Below are positions 20,036 to 29,664 of a stretch of DNA of 64,000 bases, in pieces. Every line of letters begins with the position of its first letter. Positions within the stretch are counted from its first letter, which is position 1. The stretch spans positions 3,348,001 through 3,412,000 of the forward strand of contig OX337232.1 of NCBI GenBank assembly GCA_946965045.2, given 5' to 3'. The position numbers and the translations under genes are program-made. This stretch comes from Epithemia pelagica (taxonomy: Eukaryota; Protista; Bacillariophyta). A model generated the notes under the pieces. That model saw only the letters and a program-made list of their open reading frames with translations. It was not told where the DNA came from and made no database searches.

Positions 20036-20799
20036 ATGACCTTGACGATTGTGATTGGGAGTTCGGGGTCGGGCAAGACCACCTTTTTGAACGATGTCTA
20101 CAAACGTCACGAATGTATTTACGTTCGACAATATCACAGTTTACGACCCTACATTCCCGTATCGCAAATTCCCAATTTTGATCCGACGCAACTGCCATAT
20201 TGGCACATTTATGAAACCGAAGGCACGGCCGAGACTATCCCCGTGGGGGGAACCTTGGCGGGAGAATTCACGGCGGGCTTGTCGGGAGGACAACGCAAAT
20301 TGCTCTTGTTTGAACTCATTTGTCAACGACTCTTGCCACCACCACAAACAACCATAAGTACCGCAACAAACGACGAATCACAACCACAATCACAACAACA
20401 ACCACAACAATCACCACCAAAACAAACGGCGCGAATTCCCGAATTGATTTGTTTGGACGAACCCTTTTGTGGTGTCACGGACGATTATGTGTCGTTTGTT
20501 TCCAAACGGTTGCAACAATTGCAACAATACCATTTTATCGTCTTGGTCACCAACGATCATGTCGACGCCTTGACCAAAATGGCCCATCACATCATTACGG
20601 TATCGGCGGTCGATCGAACCGTGGTGGAATTACAACTGCAACCAAAACCACAACAACAACCCTTGGTGTCGGACGAAAAGGACCAGGACCAGGACAAGGA
20701 CTACAATCAGGAGGACCCAATCCAGACGCCATGCGCACCACCCGAAACATCAACAACAACAACAACAACAACCTCCCAAATGAGGAATCCAACCACCTT

Positions 20800-20832
<33 letters not shown>

Positions 20833-22033
20833 CAAAAAACGTCGTCAGGTGGTGTCACGCGAACTCATGATTCAGGCCTTATCGGTCGTTGGCAAAAAGG
20901 CTTCGAGAAATGGCGGCCTGCGTCGTTCCACCAGGTCTACCATGAGCTTCCACACAATCGACAGCACTGCCACCTCCGTCGACGCAACGGGCACCACAAC
21001 CACTCCGACACTCTGGTCAGACGCTTGCTTTTTTTATCAAGTGGAAGTCTTGTCCAATCGTGCCTTGAGGGGTGTCGTTTTGTTTACCATGGTGTGTTTG
21101 GGATTGTTTGTGATAGCCTTTTGGAATTCCAACGACGATCAAGCCGCCTTGGTGTTGGTGGGTGGAGAGATTATTGCCTTTTTCTGTGTCAATCCCTACC
21201 TATTGAGTTTGGTCGAATGGCGGATTGCCATGCACGAAGAAAGTCAAGCCTTGGTGCATTCCTCCCCCGCCATGTATCGCGCCTTGAAAACCGCCTTGAC
21301 CATTACACTCATTTTTGCCGTCTCGTGGGCCGAATTTGGGGTCGTCAATGCCGTCATGACCAACTCTTCCCTCTTGTCACGGGTTTCGATTTGGATTGGC
21401 ATGTTTACCGACAGTCTTTCCATGACCTTTGTCTTGATTTGTTTAGGCATTTATACCCATTTGGATTTTCAACGCGTCGAAGTCGTGGGGATTCTCCCCT
21501 TTTTGCTCATGGTCTTTTTCAGTACCACCTTTAGTCCTGGATCCGGATTGCCCGGGATCAAGGAATTGCGCTACTTGTTTCCTCGCTTTTACTTTTGGTG
21601 TTTGGTCCCCATTGACGATATGGAAGGATGTCCCGAGGAAAGTGAATGGATCTTGGTCTTGTACATGTGCTTGGCCTCGATGGTGGGTGCCGTCCTCTTT
21701 GGGCTGGTTCAAGTGGTACGAACCTGTCGGACACGAACTAAGACGGCTCAAACGGTGGAATTTCGACAAAGTTTGTTGCTCCAACCCGACTTTGTGCAAT
21801 TGCAACGTAGCTTGTTTGGGGACCACATGCTTCACCATTACCGCCGCGAGTCACTGGACCCGAACGACTACTGCGACCACCAAGAACAACAAGATTCCGA
21901 CGAAACAAACCACGCCAAGAGAGAAAAATCGGTGGAACAACCAACGTCCCAAACAACCTCGTCGTCGAACAACAAGGATGATTACGACGTCCCCGTGGAC
22001 AATGAGGAATGTTTGCCAGAAGATGAAGTTTAA
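20036..22033 (+). CDS. ABCG-like half transporter (N-terminal NBD, C-terminal TMD)
   Basis: Walker A GSSGSGKTT, signature LSGGQ, Walker B ICLDEPF, and about 6 hydrophobic helices in the C-terminal half. First ATG at 20036. Confidence 0.85.
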
Positions 22034-22634
22034 CACAAGGGTATTACTCAACGTCGACACGAGCAATCTAAGGAGAAAAGGCACAAGGTGGAACCAGTCT
22101 TTGTGGAGGGGAGTAGGATGATCATGTGGCCTACATAGGCTGTACAATCAGACAATAGTTTAAACGTAAGAAAAACGCGTTATACTCGACAATAGGATCA
22201 CTGATGGTTGGAAAGTTTCTTGTCGCAGTTCCAAGAATCATCCAACAGGCGAACAATCAGAAACATGGATTGACAAACTTCTTTGGCGCGGAGGACAGTC
22301 TGTGTACGGATTCGACCACTCAATCTATATATAGATCCCCCCCCCCTTGTGTGATGGATGGGGCATCGTTTGGGGAGAAGGGACGGTCAGAGATGGACTA
22401 TTTGGGTCTTGTTCGTGATTGAAAAGGCATCATCATGCTTTGTTACAATCTTTGTCGTGCAATGTTTCTACATTTAGAAACCAGCGTATTCCGGCCAATC
22501 GGTCTACGTCCAATTCCAATTGCCTTTGGATAAAGTTTTTCTGTGGTTCCAGCGCACAGGAGTCGTCGGAGGCATGGCGATATCGTGGAGTTCATTTCCG
22601 CTGTTCTCCGCTAAGCCGCTATCCGGATAGCTCT

Positions 22635-23277
22635 GCAACTTCCGGTAACTACCCGTGAGTCCCATATCCGCTAGCAATCCCCAGAGGACAAGACCAAGAA
22701 CTTCTTCGACAAAGGATCTATATTAATACAAAACACGTATTATGAAACTATAGAGTATGGTTTCCCAATCTCTAGTATGGACAAACGGGAATGTCGTGAG
22801 GGATGTCGTTTGATGTCGTGAGGGATGTCGTTTGATGTCGTTTGATGTTGTTTGATGTCGTTTGATGTCGTTTCGGGCTCGCGCGGAAACATGGTTTGAG
22901 TCAAAATCAAGCGGTGCTCATTCAGTTGATTCAGCGATGGGCCTTGCGTCAATCAGTCGTGTGTTTTCTGTTGAAGAATACCAACTGCTAGAGAGTAGAG
23001 ATTCTTTTGGCGATATAACAACAAGCGACATCAAACGACATCAAACGACATCAAAAGACATCAAAAGACATCAAAAGACATCAAAAGACATCTCCAATGT
23101 CCCCCACATCCGTGACTCGGGATGCATGCCTCATATCGAAAGAATCTGTATCTAATATGATCATATCAGAGCGCTATTGGTGTGTGATAACGCAATATGA
23201 AAACGGTTGTTTTATCGTGACGATACTCTGAGAAGTAGAAAGATTTCGTACGTTTTGAGTCCATTACCGGAAGTTGC
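22635..23277. repeat. Foldback-like structure: 14-bp inverted repeats enclosing two inverted arrays of a 10-mer
   Basis: GCAACTTCCGGTAA (22635-22648) and its reverse complement (23264-23277). (TTTGATGTCG)n at 22790-22873 faces (CGACATCAAA/AGACATCAAA)n at 23026-23092. Confidence 0.75.
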
Positions 23278-23407
23278 TGGCGCTCTTCTGGGGTGGAGAC
23301 TTTACGTTATTGGTCTGTCACCTCTAGACATAGTGTTGGTGTCACTAGAGTGTCTACTCCTAGCTAGTATCAATAGCCTAGAGAGACACTAGGTAGACAC
23401 TAGACTT

Positions 23408-24672
23408 CTACCAGCTGGCAACAAAATTGGTCAACACTTCCAAGGCATCGAATCGTTGTTTCAACACCAGCTATATAAAATAGAATTGAATGGAATAGAT
23501 GGTAGGAATCCAACACATGCGTCGTTGCCGTGCCTTCATCATCGGGATGTTGTTGCACAGACCCCCCAAAAGACAGAAACGAAGAACCACAAACGCATGC
23601 AAGATGAGAAAGGAGCAAGCAGAAAGTAGTTTCTCCCATGTTCGAAATGGACACCAACTAAAACTCGAGACCAAGACGACGACAAAACGCCAACTAAAAC
23701 TCGAGACGACAACAAAACGTCTCTCTTTACTGTTGCACCCACTCCCCACTCACCTTGGTAGTGTCGGCCAAGGCATGTTCCAACATTTGGTGGGGAGTCG
23801 GTTCCAAATCGCTGTCGACATTCTTCTTCTTGTTCCACTTGTCAGCAACGGCTTGCACGAGGAGACTGGCCATGGTGCTGGTGGAGACAAACAAAAGATA
23901 CCCCCAACATCCAAGACCTATTCTAACGCGACCGAAAGAGTCGCACGATGCCGTCCGTCTGTGGCTCCTCAGTCTCGAAAGTTTCATTCCATAATGTGAC
24001 TCTTCTAACTCTGCTATCCGTTTATGAATTGTTCAGAGGACTCCTCCTAAGCTTGCATTTCTTTCCTTTCGGTCTAAGGACATTGGGATCCGCCTTTTGT
24101 TTGTCTATTCCTGTTACAACTGGCGTGTCACAACAAAGATCCAACAAAAAGGCATTGGAAGCAACCATGCTGCTGTGAGTCGCTATAGGGGTTGACGAAT
24201 GAGACAGTGTCCATAGATACGTTGTGTTTCTGCTGGCAGCGTCTATCTGCCTTCTGATCTTCTTATGTCCCTTTGTTCTCGCGCTAGAGATTGCAGGAAA
24301 CCGAATGCGAATCGATCCAAACAATACACTATACTCCCTGGACAAAGACAACGAGACACTCACACAATAGGTCCATTCCCCCACATCGATTTAGGCGTTA
24401 GGACAAGAAAAGGCGCTCGTTTGGTCATCAAAAGACCCTATTGACTTGGAAGCGCTTTGTCCTAGGTACTCCTCCAGAAGGTATAGCAGGGGAAACCGAA
24501 TGCGAATCGATCCAAACCCTCACCCAGCACAGACAATAAGACACGCACTCGATCTAGAGGTAGCTCGATTCCCCTATGGTGTGTTCGCATCGGGATAGGC
24601 GGGAGGACAGGGGCACCCTTTTGTCTTTTGGTCATCCATCTTTAGAGTCGTTTGACTGCGTACGAGACACTT
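23408..24672 (-). pseudogene. Truncated duplicate of the scramblase 5' region (upstream region, exon 1, intron, first 20 codons of exon 2)
   Basis: Colinear similarity to about 18640-19805. ATG at 23873; exon 1 has an in-frame deletion. Exon 2 reads LVLKQRFDALEVLTNFVASW then TAG (23410-23408), exactly where homology stops. Confidence 0.85.
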
Positions 24673-24787
24673 CTAGACTCCAGACTTCTCTACCGTCGCT
24701 TTCCATGCATAGACTAGATCCGATGTGTTCGCATCGACCTTCATAGGAGTACAATAACTAACTACTCCCTCTGGAAACAAAAAAAAA

Positions 24788-27700
24788 GGTACAGTCTATT
24801 TTAACGCTGCCGCGCGCACCCGCTAGGGTGACGTCGACCGACGCGCCCGGCTCCACACAGAATGAGGAGCGAGGACTAAACATGACGGGACAAGTTGTGA
24901 GGACGGGACAGAGAGTAGAGATCGGTTACAAGGGTGGAGCAGCATCCCTGAGAATGACAGGGCGCCAGGTATTGATCCAAGAGCGAAGAGAAACAGCAGT
25001 AGTTTCCGCTGCGAAATGAGCAGCGGGAGACGAGTAGAAAATATCGCGTTCAGAGGGCGGGAGACGGGTGCGGAATTCGTATAAAGTCATGACCTCGCGT
25101 TGTGCTTGGGCGTAAGATGCGGCTTCAACTGTTTGGGGTGAATTACCATGGAGGTTGTGGTTTCGGGTGATCCATAGAGCATGGATGTGTTTCCATAAGA
25201 GTTTAATTGTGCCAGTAACAAAATGAGTCCCGGAGACTGTACGTGAATGTTGATGGTTGGTGGAGAGGTAGTTGTCTTGAAGATTGCGCCATTGAGTAGT
25301 GAAGCGGCCGAAAAAGATGTGAGCATATCCGATAAGTTGTTGTTGAGTTACCAGCGATTGATATGAGAGGGAGAGGGTGGGAAAAGACGGTGGAACATTG
25401 GCGAGCCAAGAGTGAATAATTTCCACGAGTAGTAGGTTCAGAGTTGGGTCTAGGGATTGGAGACGCCAGAAATCTTGCAGTTCATCCAGAAGAGGTCCTT
25501 TCCATTGTCGGTGTGGGCAACAAAGAAAGTGAGTGCGAGTCTCGACAACAGAGGGAGTGCAGAGGGGGCATGTTTCTGTGTAGTAAGTGGCGTAACGAGA
25601 ACGAAGATAGCCAAGGGGAAGCCAATCATGGAGAAACTTAATATGGAATTGTCGACGGGTGAAAACAGTCGTGATAGCGCGTCCGTGTGCCGTCCAATCA
25701 ATCATCTCGAAAGTCTCGAACGACCACTCGTTGCGATTGCATAAGTATTGGCGTAAAGCTTTCCATGTAGAGAGGTAGCGCAGAATAGATCGGTAATTCG
25801 AATTGATAGTCCCTTTGGGAGAATGAAGTATGGCTTGGCTGCCTGTGATAAGAGGGACATGTGTCGATGAGATAGTAGGCGGGTATTCGTATGAGTCTGC
25901 CAATCGGTCAGCGTCTACATTGAGCTGGGCAGCAAGGGTCAGTGTTGGATATGGTCGCAGACGATCTTGGTGGCCCCGAACGTGTAGGAAACTTGGAGTT
26001 TCAGGGAATTGTTTGATAGATGTACTAATCGATTGTTGTATATCCCAATCAGCTTCCATCGTAGAGTATGGGAAGTCATAGACCCATTCCAGTCGTTTTG
26101 CCACGGTATTGATCAAACTTTTAGAATCGGTGTAAAAGATTAGTTGTGTCGGAAGGCTGAAGCCATAAGACGTCGTAAGATGAATCACAGCACGTAGCAA
26201 TGCAAGCATTCCGTAACTCTCCGACCTGAAGGACGAAGTACGATAACCAGGAGCAGGACCGCTTAATTGAAAAAGGCGTTGTCCAGTATCCGTGCTGCAA
26301 ATACAGCCAAATTTGCCAGTAAACATAGCCGCTGAGCCATCGCTGCACAAGAAGAGGCGGACAGTCGGAGTGGCGAAACATTGTTGAATTTGTTGAGGTG
26401 GGCAAAGGAGGACAAGTTCGGACATTAGGTGTTGATCCCACTGTTCGAGAGAAGAGACATAATCGGGAAAAGTCTGGGGTGGTGGTGGATCGGAAGGTAA
26501 GGCTTGAGGACGGCAAGGCAGAATAATGAAAGCGGGGCCGGAGTGGTTGACATGAACGGGCACTGCTGTCGATGGGGGACTTGAAGAGAGTTGAGACGTT
26601 GGAAGAAAAAGTGGGTGTTGGTACCAGTAGTGTCGAAAACTATTGGGAGATTCGGCCACATAGAGTTTGGAGCTCGGGCAGTCAACTAGGAATTTCCAAT
26701 GGCGATGTAATTTCTGTCCAGGTACAGTCCAGGAACCGAGAGGGTGTGTCAGCATTCGTGTGACTCCTGTCTGTCTGACTAAGTCAAGGTATTTGTCCCA
26801 CTGTTGCCAAGCACGGGGACCTGGCCGGTCTTGGTACGGAATCAAACCGTGATGAGTCGAGAAATCATCATGGCGATGTTCAATGGTAAACAAAGAGAGT
26901 TTCGTGCCATCAGGAGTGGATACATCACTGAGCAATGTCACACCCAGATAGATACGGCATGCATTGAGCAGAATCAGTTCCGTTGGAGTGAATTGTGACG
27001 ACTCTAATGCGATATCCATGAGGAAACGATCGTTGACTCGTTGGAGGGCGGGAAGGAATTTTGATTCAAGTTCAATGTTGCAGTTTGCCTTGCGGAGAAA
27101 GGTTCGCACTTGTGGGATCCATTGCATCGGTACCAAGTGTGGCAACGGTGTCTCGACATCTTCAAATATGGAAATGCTAGTACCCGCGAGAAATTGAGCC
27201 CACGAGATCGCGATCTTGGCAAGTTGTGCCGGGACTCCTGGTGATCTGAGACATGCTAGCAATAGGTAAGTCTGAGAAATTCCACGCTCCACTGAAAGTG
27301 TTCGCAGTCCGATTCCTCCTAATTCTGCTGGCCCGTAGACGACTGCATTTGGCATATGGCGATTGAAGCCATACTTGGGTAGAAAAGCTTTCTTGAACTG
27401 GACTTGTAAAGCATTGCAGTGGGCATCAGAGAGGGAAGACGATGGTAGCGGGTATGATATGCTAGGGAGGTAGATTGCATGGTAATAGGCCCAGGCGTCA
27501 GTTCTGGAGAAAGGGCTGGTGGCCATCACGGAAGTATGAGCTTTGTTCTTTATCGCAAGAGCGAGGTATAGCCCTTTATCTGTTCGATGTGGCGCTTTCT
27601 GTACACCCAAAGTCTTGTGACTCCGATAGGAAGATAGTTGTTTGATCGGTATTGTTTGGTCCGAATCATGGAAGTGAATTGTAATTTGAGGTCCGAAGGT

Positions 27701-28666
27701 TCCAGATTGTAGGGACGCAAGCCCATCCACATTGAACGTGTAATACAAGAAGTGATAGGAGCATTTCTCGACGTTAAGTGCGCCTCCAGACAAACTAAGC
27801 AAGTCGTTCCATCGTTGTGCGTCTTCTTGTGCCTTGGCAATGTAATGTTCTGGCAATGCTGGTTGGTCGCGCGAGAAATCATTGACGCTGCCGCTAGTAT
27901 CATCAACAAACCCGATCATGTGTAAAGCAGTTTTCACAGAACCATCAGGGCTGCTAAATATAGCGCCATGTGCTTTGTCCTCGTAGGTGTCGAAGAGAAT
28001 CGTAGAAATGACACACCAGATTGCAGGTGAGTTGCCGGCTCCTTGTCCCGAGCCATATATAGGGTACAATTGGCAATGTTGGTAATGCCGTTCAGACACT
28101 CCGAGCTGTGTCTTTAAATAATACTTGGCTTCTTCCAATGTCTTTGCGTTGATAAAGACAATCGACCTGTGTTGGCCAAAGCTTCTAGACGCGAGGCTTC
28201 CGAAGGATAAGACGATCCGGTCGTAGCAAGCAGTTGCATCATAGTCCAGGTGGACTAGTGGCCGCTTGCTAGCTCTTGATATTTCGTATTGAAGTTCTTC
28301 GCATAAGGTCGGGATTACAGCGTCTCTGCCTGGGACTCCACCAAATTGCATTGGGTGCAGAGTTCGTTGATTGGTGTTTAAGTGTATGAGCTGACGCCAC
28401 TTGATCGCCAGAACAAGGTTGTAGTCTTGTTCATAAAGATGGATGACACGAAGTCGATGGATCCGTAGATTGTTCGGTTCTTTCAGAATCATCACATTGA
28501 CAATGTGTTTCCACCTGTCGTACGAGTATTTGTTGACGAGTGCGCAATTTATTAGCCCGACTTGCCACGTAATAATTTGTTCCCTCTTTTCCTCTAGTTC
28601 TTGACCTTCATCTGTTGTTGTGTCTAGGTCGTGAGAAGCCACCAATGCTTTGCTATGGCTAAGGTC
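24788..28666 (-). mobile_element. 5'-truncated non-LTR retrotransposon (Ambal-like LINE with RNase H)
   Basis: RT-RNaseH-zinc knuckle ORF, no endonuclease domain and no ATG start; bounded on both sides by MITE TIR sequence. Confidence 0.85.
24926..28645 (-). CDS. LINE ORF2 fragment: reverse transcriptase, RNase H, C-terminal Cys/His knuckle
   Basis: YDATACYDR, GSGQGAGNSP, GFVDD (RT); LCSDGSA, SFRSESYGML, FYTDSKSL, HVRGHQD, NVDADRLA (RNase H); CPLC...ETRTHFLCC. Confidence 0.92.
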   Translation of the reverse strand: MVASHDLDTTTDEGQELEEKREQIITWQVGLINCALVNKYSYDRWKHIVNVMILKEPNNLRIHRLRVIHLYEQDYNLVLAIKWRQLIHLNTNQRTLHPMQFGGVPGRDAVIPTLCEELQYEISRASKRPLVHLDYDATACYDRIVLSFGSLASRSFGQHRSIVFINAKTLEEAKYYLKTQLGVSERHYQHCQLYPIYGSGQGAGNSPAIWCVISTILFDTYEDKAHGAIFSSPDGSVKTALHMIGFVDDTSGSVNDFSRDQPALPEHYIAKAQEDAQRWNDLLSLSGGALNVEKCSYHFLYYTFNVDGLASLQSGTFGPQITIHFHDSDQTIPIKQLSSYRSHKTLGVQKAPHRTDKGLYLALAIKNKAHTSVMATSPFSRTDAWAYYHAIYLPSISYPLPSSSLSDAHCNALQVQFKKAFLPKYGFNRHMPNAVVYGPAELGGIGLRTLSVERGISQTYLLLACLRSPGVPAQLAKIAISWAQFLAGTSISIFEDVETPLPHLVPMQWIPQVRTFLRKANCNIELESKFLPALQRVNDRFLMDIALESSQFTPTELILLNACRIYLGVTLLSDVSTPDGTKLSLFTIEHRHDDFSTHHGLIPYQDRPGPRAWQQWDKYLDLVRQTGVTRMLTHPLGSWTVPGQKLHRHWKFLVDCPSSKLYVAESPNSFRHYWYQHPLFLPTSQLSSSPPSTAVPVHVNHSGPAFIILPCRPQALPSDPPPPQTFPDYVSSLEQWDQHLMSELVLLCPPQQIQQCFATPTVRLFLCSDGSAAMFTGKFGCICSTDTGQRLFQLSGPAPGYRTSSFRSESYGMLALLRAVIHLTTSYGFSLPTQLIFYTDSKSLINTVAKRLEWVYDFPYSTMEADWDIQQSISTSIKQFPETPSFLHVRGHQDRLRPYPTLTLAAQLNVDADRLADSYEYPPTISSTHVPLITGSQAILHSPKGTINSNYRSILRYLSTWKALRQYLCNRNEWSFETFEMIDWTAHGRAITTVFTRRQFHIKFLHDWLPLGYLRSRYATYYTETCPLCTPSVVETRTHFLCCPHRQWKGPLLDELQDFWRLQSLDPTLNLLLVEIIHSWLANVPPSFPTLSLSYQSLVTQQQLIGYAHIFFGRFTTQWRNLQDNYLSTNHQHSRTVSGTHFVTGTIKLLWKHIHALWITRNHNLHGNSPQTVEAASYAQAQREVMTLYEFRTRLPPSERDIFYSSPAAHFAAETTAVSLRSWINTWRPVILRDAAPPL

Positions 28667-29664
28667 GTTGCACCAATTGGTTTTTGCTTATTTTAGTCGC
28701 ATTAAAAATTCACGTATACTCCAGTACAAACCCTACTGCAGGACGGCTGGCTCATTCGGAGTATCAAAATCTTTGAATAACATGGGGGATCATATAGAAT
28801 GACATGCGCGCCTCTACACTACTATACGAAAAGTACAAAATATTTGGCGACGGAAGTCAAAGCACCTCAGGAAAAGGTGCCCTGATTGACCATGGTGAGG
28901 AGGGTCAAAATGGCCCGACCACAGCATTGTGCCGGCAACTCTGGTCCCTTTGACACTCCAATAGAGCGTCCTGGCCCTCGCGCTCTCCTAGGAGGCATAT
29001 AAGGATCAACCGGTACGGGATGAAAGTAGGTGCTTCCAATTCGTCCCTTTTTTGATCACAGGTCGTCAGGAATACGAGATCGAACATATAAATTATATAC
29101 CGAAATGTTCGTACTAAAAAGAGCTATAAGCCTATATAATTTTTTGACCATAGGACATACGCCCATGAAATGACGTAATTCCCCTTTTTTTGGTGCAACA
29201 AAGGGTTTCCAGAGGGAGTAGGAGTAGGAGCTAGGAGTAATCGCCCGCTGCCGGTTTTGAATTTTGAGTTGTTGTTCTTCCGCGTGACATCAGACGGTTC
29301 TGACTTCTGACTGTTGCCACACCAAGATTATTTTGCTCCGAGTGATGTGTGATGTGGGATACGACCTATTCTTCATCTTTGTAATACGCGAAGTAAACGG
29401 TGTAAGGCTATCTCCACCCGGGGCCGCTAATGGTGGTGAAAAAGAAAGGCGATTCTTTACGAGCAACACCACAGCGAACGAGAAGCTGTTGTCAAAACTC
29501 GAACAGTTACAGAAATAGAATCACGAACGAACCCAAGTAATCGTTATCCACTTGATCAGCCTAGTAAGACCTTTGTTTGGGAACCAAAGGACGAACGAAC
29601 ATTTCACCAACACCAAGCACAGCCATTCTCCTGGAGAGATTGACTCGATTCAAGCCTGTCCTCC

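Larger units (their letters stand above)
24765..29218. mobile_element. Tc1/mariner (Stowaway-like) non-autonomous element, about 570 bp without the nested LINE
   Basis: TA|CTCCCTCTGGAAAC at 24763-24778 and GTTTCCAGAGGGAG|TA at 29205-29220. GTTGCACCAA at 28667-28676 matches the inner continuation of the right TIR. Confidence 0.8.

Noticed and set aside
20036-22033. Bacterial (horizontally acquired) ABC transporter
   Set aside because: NBD-TMD fusion and poly-T/S/Q inserts match the host's eukaryotic gene style; no operon context.
22790-23092. CRISPR-like array
   Set aside because: Contiguous 10-bp units with no unique spacers, no cas genes, eukaryotic context.
24705-24740. Helitron 3' end (hairpin + CTAG) on the minus strand
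   Set aside because: The stem is only 5 bp, the spacer to CTAG is 3 nt, and GTGTTCGCATCG also occurs in the duplicated scramblase upstream region.
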